A stretch of DNA of 64,000 nucleotides from an uncultured Alphaproteobacteria bacterium (lineage in GTDB: Bacteria; Pseudomonadota; Alphaproteobacteria; Sphingomonadales; Sphingomonadaceae): NCBI GenBank assembly GCA_963777795.1, contig CAVZRM010000001.1, positions 485,460 through 549,459 of the forward strand, given 5' to 3'. A program made the translations under genes and the position numbers. The notes beneath the pieces were generated by a model, which was not told the origin of the DNA, made no database searches, and saw only the letters and a list, made by a program, of their open reading frames with translations. Below, in pieces: positions 26,272 to 36,764 of this stretch. Position 1 is the stretch's first letter. Each line of letters starts with the position of its first letter.

Positions 26272-28816
26272 AGGAACCAAGAGCATGATCACCGGGCGCA
26301 AGGCCAGCGGTGCCGGCAAGCGGTCGGGGGCAAATTCCTGGGCCGGCAAGGAAGCCTCGGGTGGCGAGCGGCTGCCCTATAGCGCCTTGATCGATCAGAA
26401 CGCCGTGCTGCTGCGCGACGGGTCGGTGATGCTCGGTCTGACAGTGCCGGGGCTGTCGTTCGAGACCGCCGACACTGACGAGCTCAATGCGCACGCGGCC
26501 TTGCGCGAAGTGCTGCTGCGCAGTGCGCTCGATTCGCGCTTCGTGCTGTATCACCACATTGTCCGCCGCAAGGTCGCCGCCGAACTCGAACCGGTGATCG
26601 CCGACCCGCTGTCGGAGCACATTGACGCGCGCTGGTGCGCGCAGCTCTCTGCCGGCACGCTCTACGTCAACGATCAATTCATCACCCTGGTGCGGCGCCC
26701 TGCGCGCGGGCGCGCGGGCTGGGCCGAGCGGTTGTCGCGCCGGATCCGGCGCGGCAACGAGGCGGTCGAGGCCGATCCCTCCGACCTGCGCGCATTGCGG
26801 GCGGCGGCGCAAGCGATGATCGCGGCGCTCGGGCCTTATGGCGCGCGGCTGCTCGGCGATTATGCCGGCGCAGCTGGCACCTGCTCGGAAGTCCTCGAAC
26901 TCCTTTCGGCGCTCTACAATGGCGAGATGCGGCCGGTGCGCCGGCCCGCCGAAGGCACCGACATCGGGGCCATGCTGCCCTACCGGCGGATCAGCTTCGG
27001 CCTCGACGCGCTTGAGCTGCGCGGGGCGGAAGCACGGCCCGAGTTCGCCGCGATGGTCAGTCTCAAGGACTATCCCGAATCGACGGCACCCGGCCTGACC
27101 GACGCGCTGCTGCGCCTGCCGTGCGAACTGGTGCTGTCGGAGAGCTATGCCCCGGCCGACCGCCAGATTGCGCGCGAGCGGATCGATCTTGCGGTACGGC
27201 GTTTGAAGTCGGCTGACGAAGAGGCCATGGCCGAGCGGCGCGAAATGGCCAGCGCGCGCGACGCACTGGGCGTCGGCAGCGTCGGCTTTGGCGATCATCA
27301 CCTTTCGATGCTGGTGCGCGGCGACAGCCTCGAATCGCTCGATGAAGCCTGCGCCGCCTGCGCCGCTGCGTTAGCCGATGCCGGCGCGATAGCGGTTCGC
27401 GAGGACGTCAACCTCGAGCCCGCGTTCTGGGGGCAGTTCCCCGGAAACGAGGCTTTCATCGTGCGCCGTTCGCTGATCTCGTCGGCCAACATGGCCTGCT
27501 TCTCGAGCCTGCACGGCTTTGCCATGGGCAAGGCCTGGGGCAACCACTGGGGCGAGGCGGTGACCTTGCTGCAAACCACCAGCGCGACCCCGTTTTTCTT
27601 CAACTTCCACAACGGCGATCTTGGCAACTTCAGCGTCATCGGACCTTCGGGTTCGGGCAAGACCGTGGTGATGAATTTCCTCGCCTCGCAGGCGCAGAAA
27701 TTCGCGCCGCGCATGGTGCTGTTCGACAAGGATCGGGGTGCCGAAGTGTTCGTGCGCGGCATCGGCGGAGGCTACAGCCGGATCGCGCCGGGTCATCCTA
27801 CCGGGTTCAACCCGCTGGCCATGCCCGACACGCCGGCCAACCGCGCGTTCCTGCGCGACTGGGTGGCGGTGCTGACGCAGGCGGAGGGGCCTGAGGAACT
27901 GGCGATCATCGCCGGGGCGGTCGATGCCGCCTATGCCAATGAACCGCAGCTGCGACGCCTGACCTACTTCCGCGAGCTGCTGGCCGGCTCGCGCCGGCCC
28001 AGGCCGGGCGATCTTGCCAGCCGGCTCGACCCGTGGATTGCGCCCGGTCCCCATGGCGGCACCGGCGGCGAGTACGGCTGGTTGTTCGACAATCGCGTCG
28101 CGGCCGGCGCGCGTGCCGCGAACGGGGGTGAGGGGGGCCAGGACCGGCTCGACCTGAGCGCGCGGGTGCTCGGCTTCGACATGACCGCGCTGCTCGAAAC
28201 CCCGCGCCTGCGCACCCCGGTGATGATGTATCTGTTCCACCGCATCGAGGAACTGCTCGACGGATCACCGGCGATGATCCTGATCGACGAGGGCTGGAAG
28301 GCGCTCGACGACGAGGTGTTCGCCGCGCGCATCCGCGATTGGCTCAAGACCCTGCGCAAGCGCAACGCACTGGTCGGCTTCGCCACCCAGTCGGCGCGCG
28401 ACGCGCTCGACAGCCGGATTTCTACGGCGCTGGTCGAACAGACCGCGACGATGATATTCATGCCCAATGCCCGCGCCCGGCCGGAGGACTACTGCGACGG
28501 CTTCGGACTGACGGCGCATGAGCTCGACATGATCCGCACCCTGCCAGCGCACTCGCGCTGCTTCCTCGTGCGCCAGGCCGATGCCTCGGTGGTGGTGCGG
28601 CTCGACCTGTCGGGCATGCCCGAGGTGCTGACCGTGCTTTCGGGTCGTGAATTGACGGTGCGCAAGCTCGACGCCCTGCGTCAGCAGTATGGCGATGCAC
28701 CGGCTGCCTGGTATCCGCATCTGACCGGCGCGCCATGGCCCGGGGGCAATGAATGGCCCGGAGCCGGATGGACGGCCGCCAACGATGCGCAATCCTGGCC
28801 CGAGGCCGCCGAGTGA
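26261..28816 (+). CDS. virB4: VirB4 ATPase
   Basis: Walker A GPSGSGKT, FDKDRG, IDEGW, RKRN, FATQS. Confidence 0.95.
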   Translation: MRREGTKSMITGRKASGAGKRSGANSWAGKEASGGERLPYSALIDQNAVLLRDGSVMLGLTVPGLSFETADTDELNAHAALREVLLRSALDSRFVLYHHIVRRKVAAELEPVIADPLSEHIDARWCAQLSAGTLYVNDQFITLVRRPARGRAGWAERLSRRIRRGNEAVEADPSDLRALRAAAQAMIAALGPYGARLLGDYAGAAGTCSEVLELLSALYNGEMRPVRRPAEGTDIGAMLPYRRISFGLDALELRGAEARPEFAAMVSLKDYPESTAPGLTDALLRLPCELVLSESYAPADRQIARERIDLAVRRLKSADEEAMAERREMASARDALGVGSVGFGDHHLSMLVRGDSLESLDEACAACAAALADAGAIAVREDVNLEPAFWGQFPGNEAFIVRRSLISSANMACFSSLHGFAMGKAWGNHWGEAVTLLQTTSATPFFFNFHNGDLGNFSVIGPSGSGKTVVMNFLASQAQKFAPRMVLFDKDRGAEVFVRGIGGGYSRIAPGHPTGFNPLAMPDTPANRAFLRDWVAVLTQAEGPEELAIIAGAVDAAYANEPQLRRLTYFRELLAGSRRPRPGDLASRLDPWIAPGPHGGTGGEYGWLFDNRVAAGARAANGGEGGQDRLDLSARVLGFDMTALLETPRLRTPVMMYLFHRIEELLDGSPAMILIDEGWKALDDEVFAARIRDWLKTLRKRNALVGFATQSARDALDSRISTALVEQTATMIFMPNARARPEDYCDGFGLTAHELDMIRTLPAHSRCFLVRQADASVVVRLDLSGMPEVLTVLSGRELTVRKLDALRQQYGDAPAAWYPHLTGAPWPGGNEWPGAGWTAANDAQSWPEAAE

Positions 28817-30006
28817 GCGCCTGTGGCCAGATAGCCGAAGAGGCTTCGCTCGGCGTCGCATCGGCGATGCGCGCAGTCGATTGCCTTTCGGCCGAGATGA
28901 CCGCCACCACCTTCGGGCGGCTGTTCGGCGCGCAGGGTGCCTTGTCGCAGGTTCTCACCATCCTGCTGACGCTGTATATCGCCTTCTTTGCCATATCGCT
29001 CCTCACCGGCCGTTCGCGGCTTGGCATTTCGGCGCTGACACCCCGGGTGCTCACGCTGGGGATGGTGCTGACCTTCGCCACCAGCTGGGCGGCCTACCAG
29101 AGCGTCGTGTGGAATCTCGCGGTGGGCGGGCCCGATCAGCTGGCCGGAATCCTCACCGGCGAAAGCGGCCTGGCCACGCAGATCTTCGCCGAGCGCATCG
29201 ATCTGGTCGTCACCGCGCTATCCGAAACGGCTGCCAGCATCGGTGCCAGCCAGGCAGGCGCAGCCAATGTGCCGGGCGCATCCACGCCGGTGAACCTGCT
29301 GTGGTTCGCCGCACTGCTGTTGATGCTCGGCACCGTCGGGGTGCTGGTGACGGCGCGGATTGCGCTTGCCGGCCTGCTCGCGCTTGGCCCGGTATTCGTC
29401 GTGCTGGCGCTGTTCAAGGGAACCCGCGGACTGTTCGTCGGCTGGCTGCGGGCAGTCGTGCTGACTGCGGTTTCGCCGATGTTCGCGGTGATCGGCGGCA
29501 CCTTCATGCTCAAGCTGGCGGTTCCGGTCATCGCATCATTGCAGGGGGCTGAGGGCTTCGACATCCGCGCGGTGATGGCGCTGTTCCTGATTTCGGCGGT
29601 CCACGTCGCCTTGATGGCGATGATGTTGCGAGTGGTCGGTACAATCGTCGCGGGGTGGAATGTCTTCGGACTGGCCGAGCAGCCGGATACACCGGCTTCG
29701 GCGAGCGCCAGTGCCGCACCGGCTTCCGTGATTGCACCGCTTGCCGTGGCACAAGATTCGCATCGCAGTGGCCGCGCGCCGGTCATTCTGGCGGGCGCGA
29801 CCGCGATGATGGCCAGCGGCCCGCCGCCGCCGCCCGGTTTCGCAGCCGGCAGCGGGCAGCGCAGCTACACACATACGGTTTACGGCAGCGGTGCATACGC
29901 GCCGCCGCTGCGATCGCAGACCAGGCGGGCCCAGGGTGTGGGCAGCGCCTTTCGCAGCAATGCGCACCGGATGGCCCCGCGCCATGTGAAGGAGACCCAA
30001 CGATGA
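28813..30006 (+). CDS. virB6: TrbL/VirB6 inner-membrane protein
   Basis: Multi-TM, LALGPVFVVLALFKGTRGLFVGWLR; GTG overlaps the virB4 stop. Confidence 0.85.
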   Translation: MSACGQIAEEASLGVASAMRAVDCLSAEMTATTFGRLFGAQGALSQVLTILLTLYIAFFAISLLTGRSRLGISALTPRVLTLGMVLTFATSWAAYQSVVWNLAVGGPDQLAGILTGESGLATQIFAERIDLVVTALSETAASIGASQAGAANVPGASTPVNLLWFAALLLMLGTVGVLVTARIALAGLLALGPVFVVLALFKGTRGLFVGWLRAVVLTAVSPMFAVIGGTFMLKLAVPVIASLQGAEGFDIRAVMALFLISAVHVALMAMMLRVVGTIVAGWNVFGLAEQPDTPASASASAAPASVIAPLAVAQDSHRSGRAPVILAGATAMMASGPPPPPGFAAGSGQRSYTHTVYGSGAYAPPLRSQTRRAQGVGSAFRSNAHRMAPRHVKETQR

Positions 30007-30860
30007 TCTGCGGCACCTTTGGCAGAGCGTTGTTGGGCGCTGCCGCGCTCGCCGCCATTGCCGCGCCGGCCAGCGCCGACCAGCGCCTGGTCGAGCGCGT
30101 TTATAGCGAACGCGAAGTCGTCCGCGTCGATGGCAGGATGCACGTCCAGGCGACCATCGTCTTCGGCGACACCGAAACGATCGAGAATGTCGCGGTCGGC
30201 GATGCCCAGTCATGGCAGATTACCCCGAACAAGCGCGCCAACCTGCTGTTCGTGAAACCGCTGAATGCATCGGCACGCACCAACATGACAGTGATCACCG
30301 ATCGCCATCGCTATTTCTTCGATCTGGTCGCCTCGCCGGGAGCGAGGCCGATGTACATGCTGCGCTTTGCTTACAACGATGCTCCGGCTCGTCCCGCATC
30401 GCCCGGCGTGCCGGCGCAACGCGCTCCCGGGGCTTCGTCCGAAGCGCGCATCGCGGCGAATTCCAGCCCCGGCGATCCGGCGACCGATCCATCCCGGTTT
30501 AATTTCGCATGGAAGACCTCGGGCGATTCGCGTCTGCTTCCACAAAGCATCTACGACGATGGCTCGGCCACTTACCTGCTGTGGCACGACAACCAGCCGG
30601 TTCCCGCCATTCTGGTGACCAACGACAAGGGTGACGAAGGTCCGGTCAATTACGCCGTGCGCGGCAGTACGATCGTGATCGCCGATGTGCCAGGCACGCT
30701 GATCCTGCGCCACGGGCGCGCGCGCGCGATCCTGCGCAACGACGGGCGGGGCAAGGCTTCCAATGCCGGGTCGCGTGGCGCTCCGGCGCGTGCGTCGGGG
30801 CAGGGCATTGTCGCCGCGTCGCCGGCCCTATTGACCGCTCCAGGCAAGGCAGGGAACTAG
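30003..30860 (+). CDS. virB9: TrbG/VirB9
   Basis: VAVGDAQSWQI, NLLFVKP, TNMTVITDRHRY, IYDDGSATYL. Confidence 0.9.
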   Translation: MICGTFGRALLGAAALAAIAAPASADQRLVERVYSEREVVRVDGRMHVQATIVFGDTETIENVAVGDAQSWQITPNKRANLLFVKPLNASARTNMTVITDRHRYFFDLVASPGARPMYMLRFAYNDAPARPASPGVPAQRAPGASSEARIAANSSPGDPATDPSRFNFAWKTSGDSRLLPQSIYDDGSATYLLWHDNQPVPAILVTNDKGDEGPVNYAVRGSTIVIADVPGTLILRHGRARAILRNDGRGKASNAGSRGAPARASGQGIVAASPALLTAPGKAGN

Positions 30861-30863
30861 ACC

Positions 30864-31982
30864 ATGGCACCGTCCACCAATTCTCCCCGCCGCTCGCGCT
30901 TCGACGATCATCGCGATCCGCGCGACGAGGGCCACAGTGCCGAGATCATCGACCTTGCCACGCGCAGCGTGCTGCCCCTCGTCAGTCAGCGCAAACGCAG
31001 CGAAGGCTTCGGGCTCGTCGCCGGGATCGCGGTCGTTGCCGCCATGGGGGCGCTCACGCTGTGGTCGCTCGATTCGGCGCGCAACCCCGGGCCGGTCCGC
31101 AAGGCCCCGGTCGCCGCAAGGCCCGCGCCGGCGCAAGCCGCGCTGCCGATGGCCCCGCCCGCAGTTCCACCCGCCGCGATAACGCCGGCCCCCGGCGGGC
31201 TCACCGCGCCGCCGCCGACGGCAGTGCTCGCAGCGCCGCCGCAAGGCGCGGTTTCCGCCGTCCCCGCCGCCGGGCCCAACGCCGTGCCGACCCTGGTGTT
31301 CGATGCCGGGGTCAATTCCGCTCCGATTTCAGCAGGCGCGTCCGTGCCCGGCGCACCGGCCGGCACTGGCAACGCGAACGACGATTTCGCCGCCCGGCTC
31401 ACCGGCGGCACTGGCGGCGGCAAGGCGACCGCATCGGCCAGCTTCGATCCCAGGACGACCGTCACCCAGGGCACGCTGATCCCGGCGGTGCTGGAAACCG
31501 CGATCGACACCGACGTGCCCGGCTACGTCCGCGCGGTGGTCAGCTCCGACGTGCGCAGCTTCGACGGCGCGCGCGTGCTGGTGCCGCGCGCATCGCGGCT
31601 TATCGGCCAGTACAAGAGCGGGCTCACCGCCGGTCAGAAGCGCGCCTATGTCATCTGGACCCGGCTGATCCGGCCCGACGGGGTGTCGGTCAATATCGCC
31701 TCGCCGGCGGTCGCCTTCGGCGGCGAGACGGGGCTCGCCGGCCGGGTCGATTCGCATTTCTTCGCGCGCTTCGGCTCGGCGATGCTGCTCTCGGTGATCG
31801 GCGGGCTGTCGGCGATCGGCGGTACTGCCGGGGTGATAGTCAACGGCGGCGGCCAGTCCGCCGCTGCTGCGGCTGTCGGGCAGAGCGGCCAGATCGGCCC
31901 GACCATCCGCGTGCGCCAGGGCGAGCCGATCCGCGTGTTCACCGCCAAGGACCTCGACTTCTCGAAGGTGGTGACCGAATGA
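30864..31982 (+). CDS. virB10: TrbI/VirB10
   Basis: GTLIPAVLETAIDTDVPG, VIWTRLIRPDG, GRVDSHFFARFG, PTIRVRQG. Confidence 0.95.
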   Translation: MAPSTNSPRRSRFDDHRDPRDEGHSAEIIDLATRSVLPLVSQRKRSEGFGLVAGIAVVAAMGALTLWSLDSARNPGPVRKAPVAARPAPAQAALPMAPPAVPPAAITPAPGGLTAPPPTAVLAAPPQGAVSAVPAAGPNAVPTLVFDAGVNSAPISAGASVPGAPAGTGNANDDFAARLTGGTGGGKATASASFDPRTTVTQGTLIPAVLETAIDTDVPGYVRAVVSSDVRSFDGARVLVPRASRLIGQYKSGLTAGQKRAYVIWTRLIRPDGVSVNIASPAVAFGGETGLAGRVDSHFFARFGSAMLLSVIGGLSAIGGTAGVIVNGGGQSAAAAAVGQSGQIGPTIRVRQGEPIRVFTAKDLDFSKVVTE

Positions 31983-33013
31983 GCGGAACGGTCCATCCGC
32001 TGCTGGCCGACGCGGCGCGCGTGGCAAAGGTTGACGCCGGGTTCGATGCCGGGTTCGATGCCGCACCGGAGCTGCCGCGCAGCGTCTACCTCGAAGCCTA
32101 TCTGGCACCCTTCATGCCCTGGCTCGAACGCGAAGGCGTGACCGAAATCCTGGTCAATCGCCCCGGCGAGTTGTGGATCGAGGATGCGGCGAGCCCCGGC
32201 GGCATGCAGCGCATCGCCGTGCCGCAGATCGACGACGCGCTGCTGCAGCGGCTTGCCGAGCAGGTTGCGCGCAGCACCCATCAGGGGATCAACCGCGAGC
32301 ACCCGCTGCTCTCCGCCACTCTGCCAGGCGGGGCGCGGATCCAGCTTGCCGGGCCGCCCGCCACCCGGCGGCACTGGGCCATGGCGATCCGCCTTCACCG
32401 GCTGGTCGATCTGCGGCTCGATGCCTACGACACCGGAGCCATTGTCGCGCGCGCCGAGCCGCCGATGCCCGACCCGATGGCCCAGCCGATCGCCTATCTG
32501 CGCGAGGCGATTGCCCGGAGGCGCACGATCCTGATTTCCGGCGGTACCTCGACCGGCAAGACCACTTTTCTCAACGCCATGCTGCTCGAAATTCCGCCCG
32601 GCGAGCGCCTCGTCCTGGTCGAGGACACGCCCGAACTCCGGCTGCCGGGCGACAACGGCGTCGGGCTGGTCGCGGTCAAGGGCGAACTGGGCGAAGCGCG
32701 GATCACCGCCAACGACCTGCTCCAGGCAGCCTTGCGCCTGCGCCCCGACCGGATCGTGCTCGGCGAGCTGCGCGGCAGCGAGACGGTCTCGTTCCTGCGC
32801 GCGATCAACACCGGCCACCCGGGCTCGTTCTCCACGGTTCACGCCAATAGCCCGCGCGGTGCGCTCGAGCAGATCGCGCTGATGGCGATGCAGGCCGACA
32901 TCGGCCTGACGCGCTCGGAAACGCTCGACTATGCCGCGACGGTGATCGACGTGGTGGTCCAGCTCGAGCGCCGCGACGGCCAGCGGGTCATCTCGGCGAT
33001 TGCCGAGGTGTGA
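31979..33013 (+). CDS. virB11: VirB11 ATPase
   Basis: TEILVNRPGE, GGTSTGKT, LRLRPDRIVLGELRG, NTGHPGSFSTVHA. Confidence 0.95.
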   Translation: MSGTVHPLLADAARVAKVDAGFDAGFDAAPELPRSVYLEAYLAPFMPWLEREGVTEILVNRPGELWIEDAASPGGMQRIAVPQIDDALLQRLAEQVARSTHQGINREHPLLSATLPGGARIQLAGPPATRRHWAMAIRLHRLVDLRLDAYDTGAIVARAEPPMPDPMAQPIAYLREAIARRRTILISGGTSTGKTTFLNAMLLEIPPGERLVLVEDTPELRLPGDNGVGLVAVKGELGEARITANDLLQAALRLRPDRIVLGELRGSETVSFLRAINTGHPGSFSTVHANSPRGALEQIALMAMQADIGLTRSETLDYAATVIDVVVQLERRDGQRVISAIAEV

Positions 33014-33044
33014 CGGGGTAGTGCGGTGAATCTGTCGTACGTCT

Positions 33045-33356
33045 CCCCTCCCCTTCAGGGGAAGGGCTGGGGGTGGGGCTGTCAGGAAAGCTTGCCATCC
33101 GCGACACCCCCCACCCCAACCCCTCCCCTGAAGGGGAGGGGCTATCGCATATTCACCTCAGCTCTCATTGTTCGTCATCCTGAACTTGTTTCAGGACCCA
33201 TTTCTCGGAACACCCGGAGCGTAGTTTCTGGCAGAAAACCGCGCGGTTTTCGCCTATTCTGCTTGCTTCGGGCTTGCGGCACGATGGGCCCTGAAACAAG
33301 TTCAGGGTGACGAATTTGGGAATATGCGATAGCCCTCCCCTGAAGGGGAGGGGCTC
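33045..33356. repeat. Composite nested REP/MITE cluster (ccctcccc-type palindromes plus a gtcatcctgaacttgtttcagg pair)
   Basis: Palindromes at 33045, 33121, 33334; inverted pair ttcgtcatcctgaacttgtttcagg (33171) / cctgaaacaagttcagggtgacgaa (to 33314) inside the IR gctatcgcatattc / gaatatgcgatagc. Confidence 0.8.
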
Positions 33357-33407
33357 TCCGGAGCCGCGCATAGCCCGGGCCAGATGCTTTCCAACCACCA
33401 AAACCAG

Positions 33408-33440
33408 ACAGCCTCCCCGCCGGTATGGTGGGGAGGCTGT
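33408..33440 (-). terminator. Probable terminator hairpin downstream of the PEP-CTERM gene
   Basis: acagcctcccc ... ggggaggctgt stem. Confidence 0.5.
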
Positions 33441-33546
33441 TGTGTTTGCTCATGCGAGCAATTCGAAGTTCGCTCAATCAAGCGATTTCTTGGCAGGTAT
33501 TCCGAACTGCGCAGCTGGCAAGCCGCGCAATCCGGAGCACCTGGGT

Positions 33547-34254
33547 TCAGCTCATCGCGAAGTTGACGCGGGTCTGAACCTTCGAGCGGCGACGCAGGCC
33601 AAAGCCGATCATGCCGAAGCCCATCATCATCATCGCCCAGGTTGCGGGCTCGGGCAGGGCAGGCTGCCAGTTGCCGACCTGAGCAACCGAACCGTCCTGC
33701 GTGGTATAAGTACCGCCGACATCATAGCCCGTCACGTTGGTGCGGAAGATGTAGGTCGCGGATGTCTGACCGACTGCTTCAAGGCCATTCGCGCCGAAAT
33801 CGGCACGAACCACCGAACCGGAGCCGTTACGCGAAGCGGTCGTGGTCGAAACGCCGGGCTCGCTCAGGTCGAGGTTCGGGTTGCTCGCCGCAGTGAAAAT
33901 GCCCGCGCCATCGGGATCGGCAGCGCTGACCAGCGCATCGACGGTCCAGCCAGCGAAGCTCGACGCCGTCAGGTTGAAGACCTCATCTCCCGCGTTGATC
34001 GCGGTGACCGCGACCTGATAGTAGAAGTCAAGCGTGCCGAGTGTGTTCTTATACACCGCGCTGCGCATGATGTTGGAATAGGTCGGAGTCACGATGAGCG
34101 GTGCCGCGCTGGCCAGCAGCGTGCCCTGCGTCGTGGGGTCGAAGGCCGAAAAGGCGACCCCAGTCGCACCATTGACCAGAATGGTGGCATTGGCTGCCGG
34201 GGCAATCGCCAAGGCGGAAGCGGTTGCGGCTAAGGCGAGTAACTTGCGATTCAT
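33547..34254 (-). CDS. PEPxxWA-CTERM sorting-domain surface protein
   Basis: Signal peptide; C-terminal LPEPATWAMMMMGFGMIGFGLRRR. Confidence 0.9.
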   Translation of the reverse strand: MNRKLLALAATASALAIAPAANATILVNGATGVAFSAFDPTTQGTLLASAAPLIVTPTYSNIMRSAVYKNTLGTLDFYYQVAVTAINAGDEVFNLTASSFAGWTVDALVSAADPDGAGIFTAASNPNLDLSEPGVSTTTASRNGSGSVVRADFGANGLEAVGQTSATYIFRTNVTGYDVGGTYTTQDGSVAQVGNWQPALPEPATWAMMMMGFGMIGFGLRRRSKVQTRVNFAMS

Positions 34255-34384
34255 TTTTCGTTCCCTTCGAAATCATGACGCATCGCGATGCGTAACGAAC
34301 GCCGTCCGACCCGACTGGACCGGTTGGCAAACCTATTGATGTGAACCCCTGCCGCATCAGCGACTCGGGGGATATGCGCCCTTG

Positions 34385-34399
34385 GTAACAATGGTTTTA
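34385..34399. promoter_or_regulatory. Weak CtrA-like box GTAA-N7-TTTA
   Basis: Two mismatches; ~130 bp upstream of the PEP-CTERM start, matching the spacing at the other two PEP-CTERM genes. Confidence 0.3.
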
Positions 34400-34594
34400 C
34401 CGGATGGCTGAATCTTGGCAACCCCTTTCCGATGATGGTTAATGCCGGATAATGCACGTTAAAATTGCTCTCGCATGCCGAATTTCCCACGAAAATCCGC
34501 CAATCGAGGATCGGGCTAGCCGAGGATTGTTTCAATTTGGGATTCTGCTGTTGGAAAATTCTGGCGGTGCTGACCGGTCTGGCAGGTGTCGAGG

Positions 34595-35801
34595 TCAGGC
34601 CGGCTCATCGCCGAACAGGCGGGCGAGCGGAGCGACGGCATGCCCGATGGCGAATTCCCGCGCGACGATGCCGGCTCCCGCCGCCCCGAGCCGCTCGCGC
34701 AAGGCATGGTCGGTGGCGAGCTCGGCCATGGCATCGGCGAGCGCTGCCCAGTCCGACGCGCGGACCAGCAGGCCGTTCTCGCGATGCGCCACCAGCTCGG
34801 GAATGCCCGCGACGGCGCTGGCGATCACCGGCTTGCCCAGTGCCATCGCCTCGATCAGCACCATCGGCAGGCCTTCCATGAAGCTGGGCAGCACGAGCAC
34901 GTCGGCCTGGGCGATGCGCGCCAGGGTTCGCTCCTCGGGCAGGGCACCGGCAAAGGTCACCGCGCCGCCCTGCCCCAGCGCTGCGGCACTCGCCTCGAGC
35001 GCGGCACGCTCGGGGCCGTCGCCGACGAATTCGAGCTCTGCGGCCACGCCGCGCTCGCGCAGGGCGCGGAATGCCTCGAGCAGGCCGCGCTGGCCCTTCT
35101 CGGACGACAGCCGGCCGACGCAGATGAAGCGCAACGGCCGGGCAGGGCCGGGCGTTTCCGCAAACGATGGCAGTGCGGCGGGATCGAACCCGCAGCGCAC
35201 CACATGGAGTTTCGGCCAGTCGGCGGGGTCGCTGAAGCGCATCGCCTGGGCGCGCATGAACCAGCTGGCGCAGGCGACGAATTGCGCCCGCGCGACCTTG
35301 CGTCCGAGCAGCAGGCCGGCGGGATAGTCGGTCTCGGATATGCCGTGGAGGGTCATGCTGAACGGCAGGCCCAGCAGGTGCGCGGCGAGCATGCCGACGG
35401 TCGCGCCGCTGTTGGCGAAGTGGACATGCAGCCGCGCCGCGCCGCTGCGCTGCATGCAGCCGCGCCAGCATCAGCGCCTCGACAAAGTGGAACAGCGCCC
35501 ACAGCATGGCCCGTGCGCCGGGAGGGCGATGGCGCAAGGCGAGCGCCAGCGTGGCCAGCCAGCGACCGGGCCGGGTCAGCAGCAGCGCGCCGGTCGCCGC
35601 GATATAGGCAAGGGGGCTGCGGCCGAGCACCGCTTCGGTCTCGGCGCGCGCGGCGGCATCGAGCGGTCCGCCGCCCGGCGGTATCGCCTGGATACTGAAC
35701 GGCACGATCACGATGCCGGCGGCGCGCAACGCGGCTATCTCGCGGCGGATAAAGGTATGCGAGGGCCACGGGTACTGGCTGACGAGATAGGCAGTGGTCA
35801 T
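34595..35801 (-). CDS. Glycosyltransferase family 4 (WcaL-like), frameshift at ~35456
   Basis: N-terminal AYLVSQYPWPSHTFIRREI; HVHFANSGAT, TLHG, KGQRGLL, EGLPMVLIEAMA; the two halves are in different frames. Confidence 0.85.
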
Positions 35802-36764
35802 TTGTAGGTGATCGCATGGCCAGGCGTTCCGCCCAGCTTGCGGCGCAGGTATGCCAGCGCGCCGCCCAGTTCCGCGAACTTGCCGACGAGATTCAGGGCC
35901 GCCCGGCGCATGCCGACCTGCCGGCCATAGCGGACGACATGGAGCGCCCAGAGCACGGGCGCGATGATCGCCAGCTTCCAGTCGACCAGCGCGGCGACAA
36001 CGGCGAGAAGCGGAACCGCGCCGGCCCACAAGCACCGACCGGCTGAGTTCGCGCCCATAGAGCGGGGCCTGCCGCTGCCGGGTCTCGGACCATACCTGCG
36101 CATAGCCGAACCCGCTGCGCCGGGCACGCAGCCACCATTGTCCGAACCGCAGCATGGCGGCGTCATGGATCGTCATCGGCGCGTCGAGCCGGAAAATCTT
36201 CCAGCCCTGCTCGCGCAGCCGCAGGCACATCTCCGGCTCCTCGCCGGCCATCAGCGTGCCGTCATATCCACCCACCGCTGCCATCGCCGCAGTCCGGACC
36301 AGGGCGTCGCCGCCGCATTGCTCGGCTTCGCCGATCGGCGAGTTCCATTCGGCATCGCACAGCCGGTTGTAGAAGCTCGCCTGCGGAAAGCGTTCGCGCC
36401 GCCGGCCGCAGGTCAAGGCAAATCCGGGTGCGCATCGAGAAAGGCAGTCGCAGCGGCGATCCAGCCGGGCTTCGAATTCGCAGTCGCCATCGACGAACTG
36501 GATGTAGGCGAGGGTTGGGTGGTCGGCGAGCAGCGCGCGCCAGCCTTCGTTGCGCGCGCGCGCCGCAGTAAACGGAACGGCCATGTCGAGCTGCACGACG
36601 CGCGCCCCGGCATCGCGTGCCGCAGCGACGCTGCCGTCGCTCGATCCGCTGTCGACATAGACCACGGCGAGGCCGGGCGGAATCGATGCCAGGCAGCGCA
36701 CCAGCCGCGCGCCTTCGTTGCGACCGATGGCGACAACGCCAACTTGCGGTGTCGCCTCAGCCAT
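35798..36764 (-). CDS. Glycosyltransferase family 2, three indels (~36468, ~36421, ~36033)
   Basis: AIGRNEG, VYVDSGSSDGS, FTAARARNEG, FVDGDC, GEEPEMC, WWLRARRSG; C-terminus in the 35798..36166 frame. Confidence 0.85.

Noticed and set aside
31061-31978. Long N-terminal extension of VirB11
   Set aside because: Out-of-frame overlap with virB10; the coupled start is at 31979
25069-33013. ICE or conjugative element
   Set aside because: No relaxase, coupling protein, integrase, att/tRNA site or compositional shift in the window
33045-33356. Possible CRISPR array or tRNA in the repeat clusters (also 58531-58820)
   Set aside because: Repeats are inverted palindromic pairs without regular unique spacers; no cas genes; no cloverleaf/CCA pattern
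34605-36764. Apparent 719-aa GT2-GT4 fusion
   Set aside because: Produced by indels joining two separate genes; each has its own start and stop when frames are corrected
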